64,000 nt of DNA from a virus: the IMG/VR virus record IMGVR_UViG_3300023296_000994. One strand, written 5' to 3'. This document shows, one piece after another, positions 18,549 to 27,926 of this stretch. The notes under the pieces are model-generated. The model saw nothing but the letters and a program-made list of their open reading frames with translations, did no database searches and had not been told where the DNA came from. A program made the translations under genes and the position numbers. Every line of letters begins with the position of its first letter. Within the stretch, counting starts at the first letter, position 1.

Positions 18549-18940
18549 TGAGTTATATCTATTACGTCATATAGTTCAGTACAAATATCAATCAATTCAA
18601 AGTTTCTAACTATCAATAACATATTTCTAAAGTCCGGCCAATAGATAGAATATTGTTTATCCAGTATTCCATTATTTAGTTCCATTATCAATTTATTTAG
18701 TGCATTTATAGTGTATAGCGTACTTGTTTCTTTTTTTCTATGAACCGATATTGTATCGGGGAGCATAGTGTACTTTGATTTATACGATACATTATACGTA
18801 CACATCAATTCATCGTAATTATCGGCATTTTCCAATACAAATATTTTACTAAATGGTATATCGTGTGATTCTATAATAGAACTTATGTTATGGTCCAGTG
18901 TGGATGGACTAGAAAAGGTACATAGTAGTTGTGTTTTCAC
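18545..18940 (-). CDS. Conserved hypothetical phage protein
   Basis: QLLCTFS...TISVHRKKETSTLYTINALN; overlaps downstream gene. Confidence 0.6.
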   Translation of the reverse strand: MKTQLLCTFSSPSTLDHNISSIIESHDIPFSKIFVLENADNYDELMCTYNVSYKSKYTMLPDTISVHRKKETSTLYTINALNKLIMELNNGILDKQYSIYWPDFRNMLLIVRNFELIDICTELYDVIDITQ

Positions 18941-18953
18941 GCATATTCTCCAA

Positions 18954-21116
18954 TTATGATTTTGACTTAAAACAATTTTGCATAGCGGTACTGTATGTCA
19001 ATGTATTGTTTGTTTTGCCGGTTGCACCAGCCTTCGACCTGTAACTTTTCTTACCTATATCTATTGTATTACCATCCGAATCTATAGCGTATACAAACAC
19101 TGTTTTGCCTGTTATATTACCTTCGGAATCTTTACTGAATTCATCAGTTTCACTTAATCTAAATTTCTGCTTAAATTCGTCAGTACTACCTACGCCAATA
19201 CATTGACGTAGTATATCACCATTTACTTCTACCCCACCCATATTAATATCAAGGGCCTCACCAGCTATAGTACTTGAATCACCGGGAACATAGTTCTTTG
19301 TCGGATAATCCATTAAATCCAAATGAAATCCTCTAATACTTTCTTCTGCTTCCATTAACACTCCGACTTGGATTAGTTTATTCCCTACCTTTACCATAGT
19401 TTTATTTAATTCATTGACACGTTTACGCTGTAATGAAACCACACGTTTGCGTTGAACAGACAAATTTGATTTTACATCAATACCACCTGTATCTGGATGT
19501 AATGCTTGATACGCGAGGCCGATCTTGTTTATAACTTTAACATCCAAAGCCTTGCCATTACCCCCTGCAACCAATGACTGAATCATTCTGTATTTATCTT
19601 GTATCGAAAGCTGCTTAGCGCTTTTTCCAGAGGGTGCCAATAACTTATATTGATCTTTTATACCGGTTTTACCTATTATAGCCGCATCAATATTCTTTTT
19701 AATTGTCCCTTTATCGTTTTTTATAATACCCAATTGGACAGTTAATGGTAATTCTATCAATCTAGCAGCCATCGGAGTCGCCTGCTTGGTATAATTAGCT
19801 TCTATTTTAGATATCTTATTTGAATACGAAGTAACAATTGATTTCAATTTTTGCTTAACTGCCTTATTAGTTTTGATTTCACTTATATAATCTTTATAGT
19901 TTTCGCCTTCTTGGTTCAAGGTAGAATTATCCTGTATGTCACCTGTGGTAGTCTTATCTGAATGAAATTGAACTAATAGATTATTATTTTTATCCATAGC
20001 GAACGTAGCAGTATCAGACGGGTTCGTTCCGCTTCCACCTGCATTTATAAATTCAACTATATCTTCCTTATCCACCTTAGTTCCATTGGGTAATATAACG
20101 GTGTTAGCGTCAGCAACAGCCTTTACCTGAGATTCAATTGATTCAGATGAACCATAGTAAGTTTTTACTGTATCTATGGTACCAAAAAGTCCCTTGGATC
20201 GTAACGATTTAGCTCTATTAACAGTGTTATTAAACTTTACTTTCGCAGAACGACTTGCTACAATGCATTTACTATACAGATTAGGGTTATCTATATTATT
20301 TGGTATTTCACTTTTTTTAATGCCCGAAGTAGCCTTCTGTTCCTTACCAAGTTCACTATCCTTATAAGTGTCGTACATAGTTTGTGCCAAATCTTCGGTA
20401 GTCATTTCGTCATTATTCATTAATAAATGGACACCTTCACCAGACGCTATTTCATTAAACGCGCTTCCTGGTCCTCCAGGGGCCGGCTTTTTACCTGTAT
20501 TCTTTTCGTAATTAGCAATTCCATATTCAATTACATCTCGTTTTACATCAAAGTCATCTTCACCCGAAGTACCATGAACCTTAGTAGGTTCTTTGTCATC
20601 TTGCTTATCAGACGATTGTTCATCAGCGTCTGATCCGGGCTCAGGTGTAGTTAGTGTTTTCACAATTGCGGCTTTCCGTTCTTCACCCTCTTCCTTTTCC
20701 CTTTTTAGTCTATCGATATCCGATTCAGATCCATCATCCGTTTCTGCATCTGTATCATTGGTTGATGAACTACCACTTGGTGCCGTCTTTGTTGGTTTCT
20801 TTTCAGTATCATCTTCACCTGTTAGCTTATTGTATGCTATTTTTGCCGGATGTGCATCCGCTCTAGTTCTTGCAGACTTAGCTTTCATTTCAGTACTGGC
20901 ACCATCTTTGTCCACGTACTTTATCATTTCGTCATCTCCCACAGTACGTTCGGTGAGATGTAATATATATTCGTCAATGGCGCTTTGTGGCCACCCGTTC
21001 TGAATTAGAACTTCTCGAAACAATATTATATGAGAGTTGTTTTTTGGATCAACAACTCCATCATTTACTCTGTATTCCCAGTCGCGAATCAGTCTATGGA
21101 TATTAGTGTTTATCAT
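18954..21116 (-). CDS. Large hypothetical protein (possibly virion/internal protein)
   Basis: 720-aa ORF with charged low-complexity linker; GATATTTATA motif at 21204-21213 upstream. Confidence 0.55.
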   Translation of the reverse strand: MINTNIHRLIRDWEYRVNDGVVDPKNNSHIILFREVLIQNGWPQSAIDEYILHLTERTVGDDEMIKYVDKDGASTEMKAKSARTRADAHPAKIAYNKLTGEDDTEKKPTKTAPSGSSSTNDTDAETDDGSESDIDRLKREKEEGEERKAAIVKTLTTPEPGSDADEQSSDKQDDKEPTKVHGTSGEDDFDVKRDVIEYGIANYEKNTGKKPAPGGPGSAFNEIASGEGVHLLMNNDEMTTEDLAQTMYDTYKDSELGKEQKATSGIKKSEIPNNIDNPNLYSKCIVASRSAKVKFNNTVNRAKSLRSKGLFGTIDTVKTYYGSSESIESQVKAVADANTVILPNGTKVDKEDIVEFINAGGSGTNPSDTATFAMDKNNNLLVQFHSDKTTTGDIQDNSTLNQEGENYKDYISEIKTNKAVKQKLKSIVTSYSNKISKIEANYTKQATPMAARLIELPLTVQLGIIKNDKGTIKKNIDAAIIGKTGIKDQYKLLAPSGKSAKQLSIQDKYRMIQSLVAGGNGKALDVKVINKIGLAYQALHPDTGGIDVKSNLSVQRKRVVSLQRKRVNELNKTMVKVGNKLIQVGVLMEAEESIRGFHLDLMDYPTKNYVPGDSSTIAGEALDINMGGVEVNGDILRQCIGVGSTDEFKQKFRLSETDEFSKDSEGNITGKTVFVYAIDSDGNTIDIGKKSYRSKAGATGKTNNTLTYSTAMQNCFKSKS

Positions 21117-21117
21117 T

Positions 21118-22146
21118 TCAATTGTCTGCCTTCATATAGCCATAATGATTTCCTACACTACATCGCGATGGGAATTGCAATTTTGACTTAATAAGTTCTT
21201 TGATATAAATATCAGTCTTTTTCGTATCAAAGAGAAATGAATCATACGTATACAATACTAATTTGGATTCTAACGGAGATAATATATCAAATAATTCAGT
21301 CAAAATCAACACATTCATTTCGGTTTCATATGCCTGGATGAGATAGTTGAATAGTTTTCGTGGATTCATGTCATCAAAATTATCACCACTTAATCTACGT
21401 TCTGCAATCGGTGTTTCAATATACCCGTTCGATATGTACGATACCCATAGACGTTCAATATATTCATCGATTAACTTAAAAAAGGTTACGTTACTATATT
21501 CATCGGCAATTCCACCATATAACATTGTAAATGATATTGATTTGGATTGCTTATATTCATCATCAGTTATATCGTCCTTATCATAGTATAACTTAGCCAT
21601 GTGTGTATGAAAACTATCATCGGGTGCATCATATTCAATAAGAGTGGATATCAAACGTAAGTGATATGCATCGTAATCAAATTCAATAAGCTTTCCACCT
21701 TCAAACCTGGATTTAAATCTAGTTCGTGACCCATCATCTTTATTTAAAGCGGCGTAATTTACCCCTCCGTTGGAATTGGATGGGCGGCCGGTTTTTGTAT
21801 ATATGTTATAATGAGTATGCTCATATCCATCTGGAGTATATAATCCAGAGTCTTCTATCTTTCTAAAATATGGAATTAACTTATTTTTGTAAAATAACCA
21901 CGGCGTTGAAGTAGTAAGATTGTCATCAGCTATGGTAGAATAATAGCTCTGTAGTAGTGTGAGACGCTCCCTGTGCTTACATAAAGGTATAATCATGTCT
22001 ACATCGGTTCGCTTCCAATACAACCGTTTGTAGAACGAATGAGCATCGGTTTCAATAGTATCAACGTCAAAGGCACTATTATATTTCAGATAATGAGTTA
22101 ACTGTATATCGTCACATATAGATCGTATTTCGCTGATGACTCCCAT
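21118..22146 (-). CDS. Minimal family-A DNA polymerase-like protein (no exonuclease)
   Basis: TKTGRPSN, motif A EFDYDAYHLRL, motif B KQSKSISFTMLYG, FNYLIQ, motif C YTYDSFLFD. Confidence 0.8.
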   Translation of the reverse strand: MGVISEIRSICDDIQLTHYLKYNSAFDVDTIETDAHSFYKRLYWKRTDVDMIIPLCKHRERLTLLQSYYSTIADDNLTTSTPWLFYKNKLIPYFRKIEDSGLYTPDGYEHTHYNIYTKTGRPSNSNGGVNYAALNKDDGSRTRFKSRFEGGKLIEFDYDAYHLRLISTLIEYDAPDDSFHTHMAKLYYDKDDITDDEYKQSKSISFTMLYGGIADEYSNVTFFKLIDEYIERLWVSYISNGYIETPIAERRLSGDNFDDMNPRKLFNYLIQAYETEMNVLILTELFDILSPLESKLVLYTYDSFLFDTKKTDIYIKELIKSKLQFPSRCSVGNHYGYMKADN

Positions 22147-22197
22147 GGTTTGTAAATATAGGCATATTAATCGGTTAAACCAAGCGCTTTATGAAAA

Positions 22198-22671
22198 TTA
22201 TCGTCTTGGGATTCGACCTGGCGCCAATGATTCACCACCTATACGACCTATACGTACATCTACATCAGATGCATTAAATTGTAATGGATTATTCAAATGT
22301 AGCTTAAGACCAGGTAGCTGTACATTAAGTCTATGTATTTCAGATATATTTCTATCCTTTGCTGACGTAGTTCCAATCGTATACGGTGCAACCAAATTAG
22401 ATGTATCAGATAAAAACCACTTTAACGTACCTCGAAAATATAACCCCTTTGATAACTTACTGAATTTAGTGTTGTAAAATTTCTTACTAACTTCAATCGG
22501 ATTCGAATCATATCTTTTAACAAAATATCGATCCATTTGACCATTGGTATAATCTGTATCAGATGGTATTGGATAATATGAAATTACTTCTGAAAGGTAT
22601 TGAGATCCAGCAAGTATTTTATCTTTATTTTTAGTAAAGAACATTTTTAATTCTCTGTCGGTGATAATCAT
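22198..22671 (-). CDS. Hypothetical baseplate-region protein
   Basis: YYPIP...DY..G...RYFVKR motif; last gene of the tail operon. Confidence 0.5.
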   Translation of the reverse strand: MIITDRELKMFFTKNKDKILAGSQYLSEVISYYPIPSDTDYTNGQMDRYFVKRYDSNPIEVSKKFYNTKFSKLSKGLYFRGTLKWFLSDTSNLVAPYTIGTTSAKDRNISEIHRLNVQLPGLKLHLNNPLQFNASDVDVRIGRIGGESLAPGRIPRR

Positions 22672-25076
22672 TGTACTTTTCCTGATGGTTTAGGTGTACG
22701 TTTGTATATTTTATATAACAATCCAACTACGCTGGCGCCTGCAGCTACGGCTGATCCTACACCAGCAGCCTGTCCGTTTGTTCTTAAATCCATTAGTTGT
22801 TTAAGTCGATTTCTCCGGCGCGGTGCCATTGGAGCTTGAGCAGTAGTATTTTTCCCGCTTCGTAGGTCGAAATCTAAGTCAACGTCATTAATATAATCTG
22901 CAAAGAAATTAGCATCTTCTATGTATTTGATGCGAACTGCTGGCTTGTGTCTTAGCAGTGTACTAATATTAGTTTCCCATTTAGTAGTATCAATTGTGTG
23001 TGATACTTCATTACATTGAAACAATGTATTAGCTTTATATCTGTCTGGAAGCCATCCTCCTTCATTAATACCTTCTACTGTAAATGAATTACCCATGTAA
23101 ATTCCAGTGATTCCCGGTGTTACAATTGACAATTGAAGGCTTGCCAGAGGCTTGAAATCTAATCCGTCAGTACTATTCTTAAATTTATTAACAAGATTAA
23201 CAAGTGACGATTTTGCTGCACCTTTTTTATGTCCTGAATTTATGTATATGTATACATCGTTGAAATATTCAAGTACTGGATTTATTTCACCGGCCGCTTC
23301 GTTTGACTGATCTATTGTTATTAAATCAGGTGTGGCATTAGTAGTCGTAGGTGGTATTTTATTTCTAAGTTTATCCACTATTATCTGGTCGTTGTTATGA
23401 CCGTACAATGTGAAAAAAGATCCATCTTTTAATTCAGTAGAATATGATGCTCCAAGTGAAGAAGCGTACGCTGCAGATGCTAATCTATCGGATAGATTAG
23501 TTGTCATGTTAAGGCTCTTTAAGAACGGACGCTTAATAGTAAAGTCAAGTAACGCGTTTTTTGATTTTATCAAATCAATTATATCTGCGTTGATGCAATT
23601 AGTATCATATACGGCAAGGCCTGTTTGGTCATATGGTTTCCCGGCCATTGAAAATTCCCAAAGATTACCACATGATTCATTAATTCCACTTAACAGTCGA
23701 TTGATAAAATCATTTAAGCGTGGGTTATTACCAAGTGAATTATATATACGTTCAATATAAGAAACATTAACGGCAATATTTCGTAAATATCCTCTCTTTG
23801 GATTACCTGGAACAGTAAAATCTGCAAACTTGTAATCTATTGGCTCTGGTGGGCCAGCGGCCGATGTTTCTGGTGAAAGTACACGTTGGTATGGATATAT
23901 ATTGTGTTCTTTGTTTACATAGTTTTTACTACTATTTTTAATAACTGGTGTGGATGCTCCGGCAATATCAACCGTTTGAGTCTGAGGCATGAATTCTTGT
24001 CCAGGTAACATACATACATCTAAGTCACATGATCTTAATTCAGTAAAGTTTAATATTTGATTTGATTCTACACGTGCTTCACTTTCATTATATATTCTAC
24101 TATTTATCGGAGTATTTATATACGCTAATAAATAATCTTCGATAAATCCCCAAGTTACAAACATTCTATATTTAGCTGATACCGTTACTTCGCCGGGGAT
24201 GGAAGCCACAGAACCAAGCTTAGTAGCTACTGTCAATGCATCATCTGAATTTTTATATAGAGTATTGTATCCATCGCCGCGGAAATTAAGACCCGGTTTC
24301 TTTTTCATTTCGCCATGAGGGGCATCAGGATTGCGCCAATTGCCGCCCCACTCCATTCCGTTATTTAAATAGGCTCGGCCCAATGCTACCCAAAATGGGT
24401 GGTCTAAATTGGGCGGATATATTTCATCTATGGTTGCGCCGCGCGGGAGTTGTATAGCAATATCCACCGCTTGGGCAGCCGGCTTTCCTTTTGAATTTAC
24501 AAAGTTATGATACCCAAAATTTACTTGAGTATTCGGACCTTTATTGAGATGTTCCTGCCGAGCCGTACTTCTGTAAGTTTCCATTATTCTAGGATTAAAT
24601 CCTTGATTTTTCATTTCGGTTATCACCTTCACCACGGCTTGTTTTGTTACCGGATGTAATAAATCTAATGAAGTTTGAGATTTAGTTACATTTTCAGTGG
24701 TAGGTGTATTATTTGCAGGTGCTGTAGTCGTACTACTGTCAGGCCCAGAAGTTTCAGGCGATGAATAATTTGATGCTGGTTCTTTATTATCAGTATCAGT
24801 ATTCGTGTCATTGTATGGTAGATATAACGTTAATCCCTGTACAGTATCATCTTCATCGAGTATTATATATTTATCGGTAGCACTAAGAGTATCAGAGTTA
24901 GTACGGTTGTTTGATATATTACCATTATCTACGTATCGGTATCTATAATATACATCTTTTTCCGTAAGTATGGCTTCTGCTGCTACTTTGGTGAAAAATC
25001 GATTGGGATCATCTATACCCAAATCACTATCGTATGGATAGTTAATATGATATAATATTTTTTTTATGTCGTCCAT
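22668..25076 (-). CDS. Baseplate hub/tail protein with internal M15-family peptidoglycan peptidase
   Basis: ETYRS..RQ..L, H...AQAVD, WGGNW..PDAPHGE; C-terminal GITGIYMGNSF...LP..Y...F....VSHTI...WET hub-like pattern. Confidence 0.7.
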   Translation of the reverse strand: MDDIKKILYHINYPYDSDLGIDDPNRFFTKVAAEAILTEKDVYYRYRYVDNGNISNNRTNSDTLSATDKYIILDEDDTVQGLTLYLPYNDTNTDTDNKEPASNYSSPETSGPDSSTTTAPANNTPTTENVTKSQTSLDLLHPVTKQAVVKVITEMKNQGFNPRIMETYRSTARQEHLNKGPNTQVNFGYHNFVNSKGKPAAQAVDIAIQLPRGATIDEIYPPNLDHPFWVALGRAYLNNGMEWGGNWRNPDAPHGEMKKKPGLNFRGDGYNTLYKNSDDALTVATKLGSVASIPGEVTVSAKYRMFVTWGFIEDYLLAYINTPINSRIYNESEARVESNQILNFTELRSCDLDVCMLPGQEFMPQTQTVDIAGASTPVIKNSSKNYVNKEHNIYPYQRVLSPETSAAGPPEPIDYKFADFTVPGNPKRGYLRNIAVNVSYIERIYNSLGNNPRLNDFINRLLSGINESCGNLWEFSMAGKPYDQTGLAVYDTNCINADIIDLIKSKNALLDFTIKRPFLKSLNMTTNLSDRLASAAYASSLGASYSTELKDGSFFTLYGHNNDQIIVDKLRNKIPPTTTNATPDLITIDQSNEAAGEINPVLEYFNDVYIYINSGHKKGAAKSSLVNLVNKFKNSTDGLDFKPLASLQLSIVTPGITGIYMGNSFTVEGINEGGWLPDRYKANTLFQCNEVSHTIDTTKWETNISTLLRHKPAVRIKYIEDANFFADYINDVDLDFDLRSGKNTTAQAPMAPRRRNRLKQLMDLRTNGQAAGVGSAVAAGASVVGLLYKIYKRTPKPSGKVQ

Positions 25077-25100
25077 TTATATTCTAATTTAAAAACCAAC

Positions 25101-26072
25101 TCAATTACCATCTTCTTTTGGGATAGGGTCTAGACCCATGGTCGCCAATTCTTCCGGAGATATTAATCGGCCTGGGTCAACAAATCGATTGTCTAATCCA
25201 TTATTATTAGAATCATCGGGGGCGACGCCTATTGCGTTACCATTGATAATCAATTCACCTGGTAAAATTGCATCCTTACTTTCATAAAGAGAAGGAGTTT
25301 TAATTGGTATTATGTCAGGCAAATAATTAGTCGTGATAGGACGCTCCGCTAAAAAATAGGACGGTGCAATCAATTCTATATTGGCTATATATCCGCCGCC
25401 TTCGCGGCCTGAATATTGAAAACTATATATTACCCCCAGCATAGCACCGTATTTACCAGCGGTATTGTCATCGGGTCCTAAATTACTAGCCAAGAGTTCA
25501 TTTAATGGACTATCGACCGATAATATTTTTTTAAGTATTTTATCTTGAATTAACGGCTGTGTATCAGTATCTAATATATTAAGTAATCCACCATCATAGT
25601 CACTCCACCCCCATTCTAATACACATGATACACCTGGAACCATATAAAATTTTTCAATTAATTCAAGGTCTTTTTCATATGGTATAGTTATTGAAATAGA
25701 TGCTTTTTGAATTGAACCTAATTTACCTTTTTGACCTATAGATACGTTGGTTATTCCTGGACGTGGTGTATTACGTCTTGCATATGAATATTGTGTTCCA
25801 GCTTCTTCAGTTGACCAGCCGGATAATTTACGTGTGTATGGTGTTAATCCTTCACTCTTTACTACATCACCCTGTAATACCCAGTCCTTTGCATGTAGTT
25901 CATCATTAGTTTCAGAATCATATACATTCTTAGCATTGGATGTAAGCCGCATCCAAGGCGTTTTCTGATGAATAGATGGGTCTTTGCTCGCATACTTACG
26001 TTCTTCAATATCAATTCTATTTCTGATATTGGCGTGAATAGGATCTAAAAATACACCTCTTATACCACTCAT
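25101..26072 (-). CDS. Baseplate hub-associated protein
   Basis: KTPWMRLTS, PRPGI..V.I...G..GS, PG.SCVLEWGWS; baseplate context. Confidence 0.55.
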   Translation of the reverse strand: MSGIRGVFLDPIHANIRNRIDIEERKYASKDPSIHQKTPWMRLTSNAKNVYDSETNDELHAKDWVLQGDVVKSEGLTPYTRKLSGWSTEEAGTQYSYARRNTPRPGITNVSIGQKGKLGSIQKASISITIPYEKDLELIEKFYMVPGVSCVLEWGWSDYDGGLLNILDTDTQPLIQDKILKKILSVDSPLNELLASNLGPDDNTAGKYGAMLGVIYSFQYSGREGGGYIANIELIAPSYFLAERPITTNYLPDIIPIKTPSLYESKDAILPGELIINGNAIGVAPDDSNNNGLDNRFVDPGRLISPEELATMGLDPIPKEDGN

Positions 26073-26407
26073 ACTTGATTTTCATTTAATTTATCTTTAA
26101 ACGATTGGATGTCGGCCGGGATTCTTAATTGGATTCCCGGTGTAACGAATAGACTACCTTTACCCATACTATTAGCAAGTGCTATTATCCACCATAAAGA
26201 CATATCACTATAATATTTATCTGCCAATAAATCTAATCTATCGGTAGATTTAGAAATTATATATAAATCATTATTACTACGATCAGTTGCTGAATATAGT
26301 GTTGACTCCCTCATTTGAGGTGACTTATTTAACCCGGCTAGTTGATTGGGTATTTTAGGTTCTTTACCTATATACTTTTTTATCTTTGTGTATTGATATC
26401 TGGACAT
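26069..26407 (-). CDS. LysM-like baseplate wedge protein (gp53/tail X-like)
   Basis: DRLDLLADKYY.D..LWWIIALAN...PG.QLRIP. Confidence 0.8.
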   Translation of the reverse strand: MSRYQYTKIKKYIGKEPKIPNQLAGLNKSPQMRESTLYSATDRSNNDLYIISKSTDRLDLLADKYYSDMSLWWIIALANSMGKGSLFVTPGIQLRIPADIQSFKDKLNENQV

Positions 26408-26414
26408 GGTATTA

Positions 26415-27926
26415 TCAGTTTGTTAGTCCGCCTGGCAATCCCAGCGTACTTCCACCAGAAACGGAATCTATGGTTGTAATTGGTGATACTGTTGGTGTTT
26501 CCAATAAAAAATCAGAATCGGAATATGATCTGAATCCCTGGTTGTCGGTTGGTATAGTATTGTGAATAAATTGGAATCCTATATTTACACTGGCCGCTTT
26601 AGGTAATGCATTTCTAATTCGTTTTGTATTTGTATCATCAAACCCCAAATCAAACGGTATATCTGTGTTAGGAGATATGTTAAGTGAACTTATAAATCCA
26701 AGTTGCCCCTTATATAGTTCACCAATTGTTAATTTAATTAATGGTCCTATCATCCTATTTGTATCAGTCATTTTTGGCATTGTTAGCTTTGATAAAAAGT
26801 CAAGCTTTCGAAACATTGCTTTCAATTCTCTTGGATGATGTACATATACTTCAAATGTGAATGCAAGTGATCTATCCATGCCAGTATAGTTATATACCTT
26901 ATCAGGGCGGCCTAGATATTGATAAGATTCCCAAGACGGACTAAATGAATCTGCTATTCCTGATATTGTTCCTCTGAATACTGATTTGTTTCCTCCTAAC
27001 CTATCGAATCCAATGGGAATTAAATCACTGTTATTTAGGGTGTTTTGGTATAGATCTTCATCCACATATATGCCATCAATATCAGTTTGCTTCTTAATTC
27101 CAAAAAATTCTTTAATTGTATTTGATGTGGCATACGAATCAGTTTTTCTAGTATCCAATATTCCTACCCCTGGGATGGCTGGTATTAAATCGGATAGCTT
27201 TTTATTATTATATCCAACAGGCGGTGGTAATCTAAAGTCCCTCCCTGCTTTCTTAACTTCGAAAAACGGTGGCTTAGATTTTAACGTAGCGCCTTTATCA
27301 TATGGTCTTGTTTCTTTGTATAATTGTAATATAGCTTTATTAATACCAAACTTAATTCCATTCGGTGTTAATGCAAATTTTGAAAGTCTAACTACATCGA
27401 GAGCTGCTCGTTCATCGATAGCGCCAATACCAGAACCACCTATTCCCCATCGTTGCGGTTCCTGTGATTTACCTGATCTTTGAATACCCCTTAATATAAA
27501 TGGTTCCAAACTTCCAGGTGAATCATTCCGTAAATTAAATTTACTGTATTGCCTTAATAACGGCGATTTAGAATTCTGTGTTATTGCATATTTTGTTAGT
27601 GGGCTGGTTGATATATCTGTGGTGGATACAACTGTTCCATATCTATTATTAGTACTGAATAGATTCTTTTTAAATGTTTTTATTTCCCTGCCATCCGAAT
27701 AATTTTTATGTGATACATCCGATGTAATGGTTATGTTCTTCCCTGTTGTTGTCAGTTGAACACCCTTATTAGCCGATAGAAATTGGCTAGTAGTCATATT
27801 ACGTGTAAACCCTGTTGCGTATATATCAGCTATATTGTTTACCGTTCCTGGTACAATATTAGTTGGATTACGCTTCACGTATGAATCATAATATTCTTTT
27901 AGATTTTGTTTTAGTTTTATTGGCAT
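26415..27926 (-). CDS. Baseplate/tail-tube initiator-like protein
   Basis: FRGTISGIADSFSPSW...YLGRPDKVYNYTG..RSLAFTF, P.IKLTIG.LY....GFI.SL. Confidence 0.65.
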   Translation of the reverse strand: MPIKLKQNLKEYYDSYVKRNPTNIVPGTVNNIADIYATGFTRNMTTSQFLSANKGVQLTTTGKNITITSDVSHKNYSDGREIKTFKKNLFSTNNRYGTVVSTTDISTSPLTKYAITQNSKSPLLRQYSKFNLRNDSPGSLEPFILRGIQRSGKSQEPQRWGIGGSGIGAIDERAALDVVRLSKFALTPNGIKFGINKAILQLYKETRPYDKGATLKSKPPFFEVKKAGRDFRLPPPVGYNNKKLSDLIPAIPGVGILDTRKTDSYATSNTIKEFFGIKKQTDIDGIYVDEDLYQNTLNNSDLIPIGFDRLGGNKSVFRGTISGIADSFSPSWESYQYLGRPDKVYNYTGMDRSLAFTFEVYVHHPRELKAMFRKLDFLSKLTMPKMTDTNRMIGPLIKLTIGELYKGQLGFISSLNISPNTDIPFDLGFDDTNTKRIRNALPKAASVNIGFQFIHNTIPTDNQGFRSYSDSDFLLETPTVSPITTIDSVSGGSTLGLPGGLTN

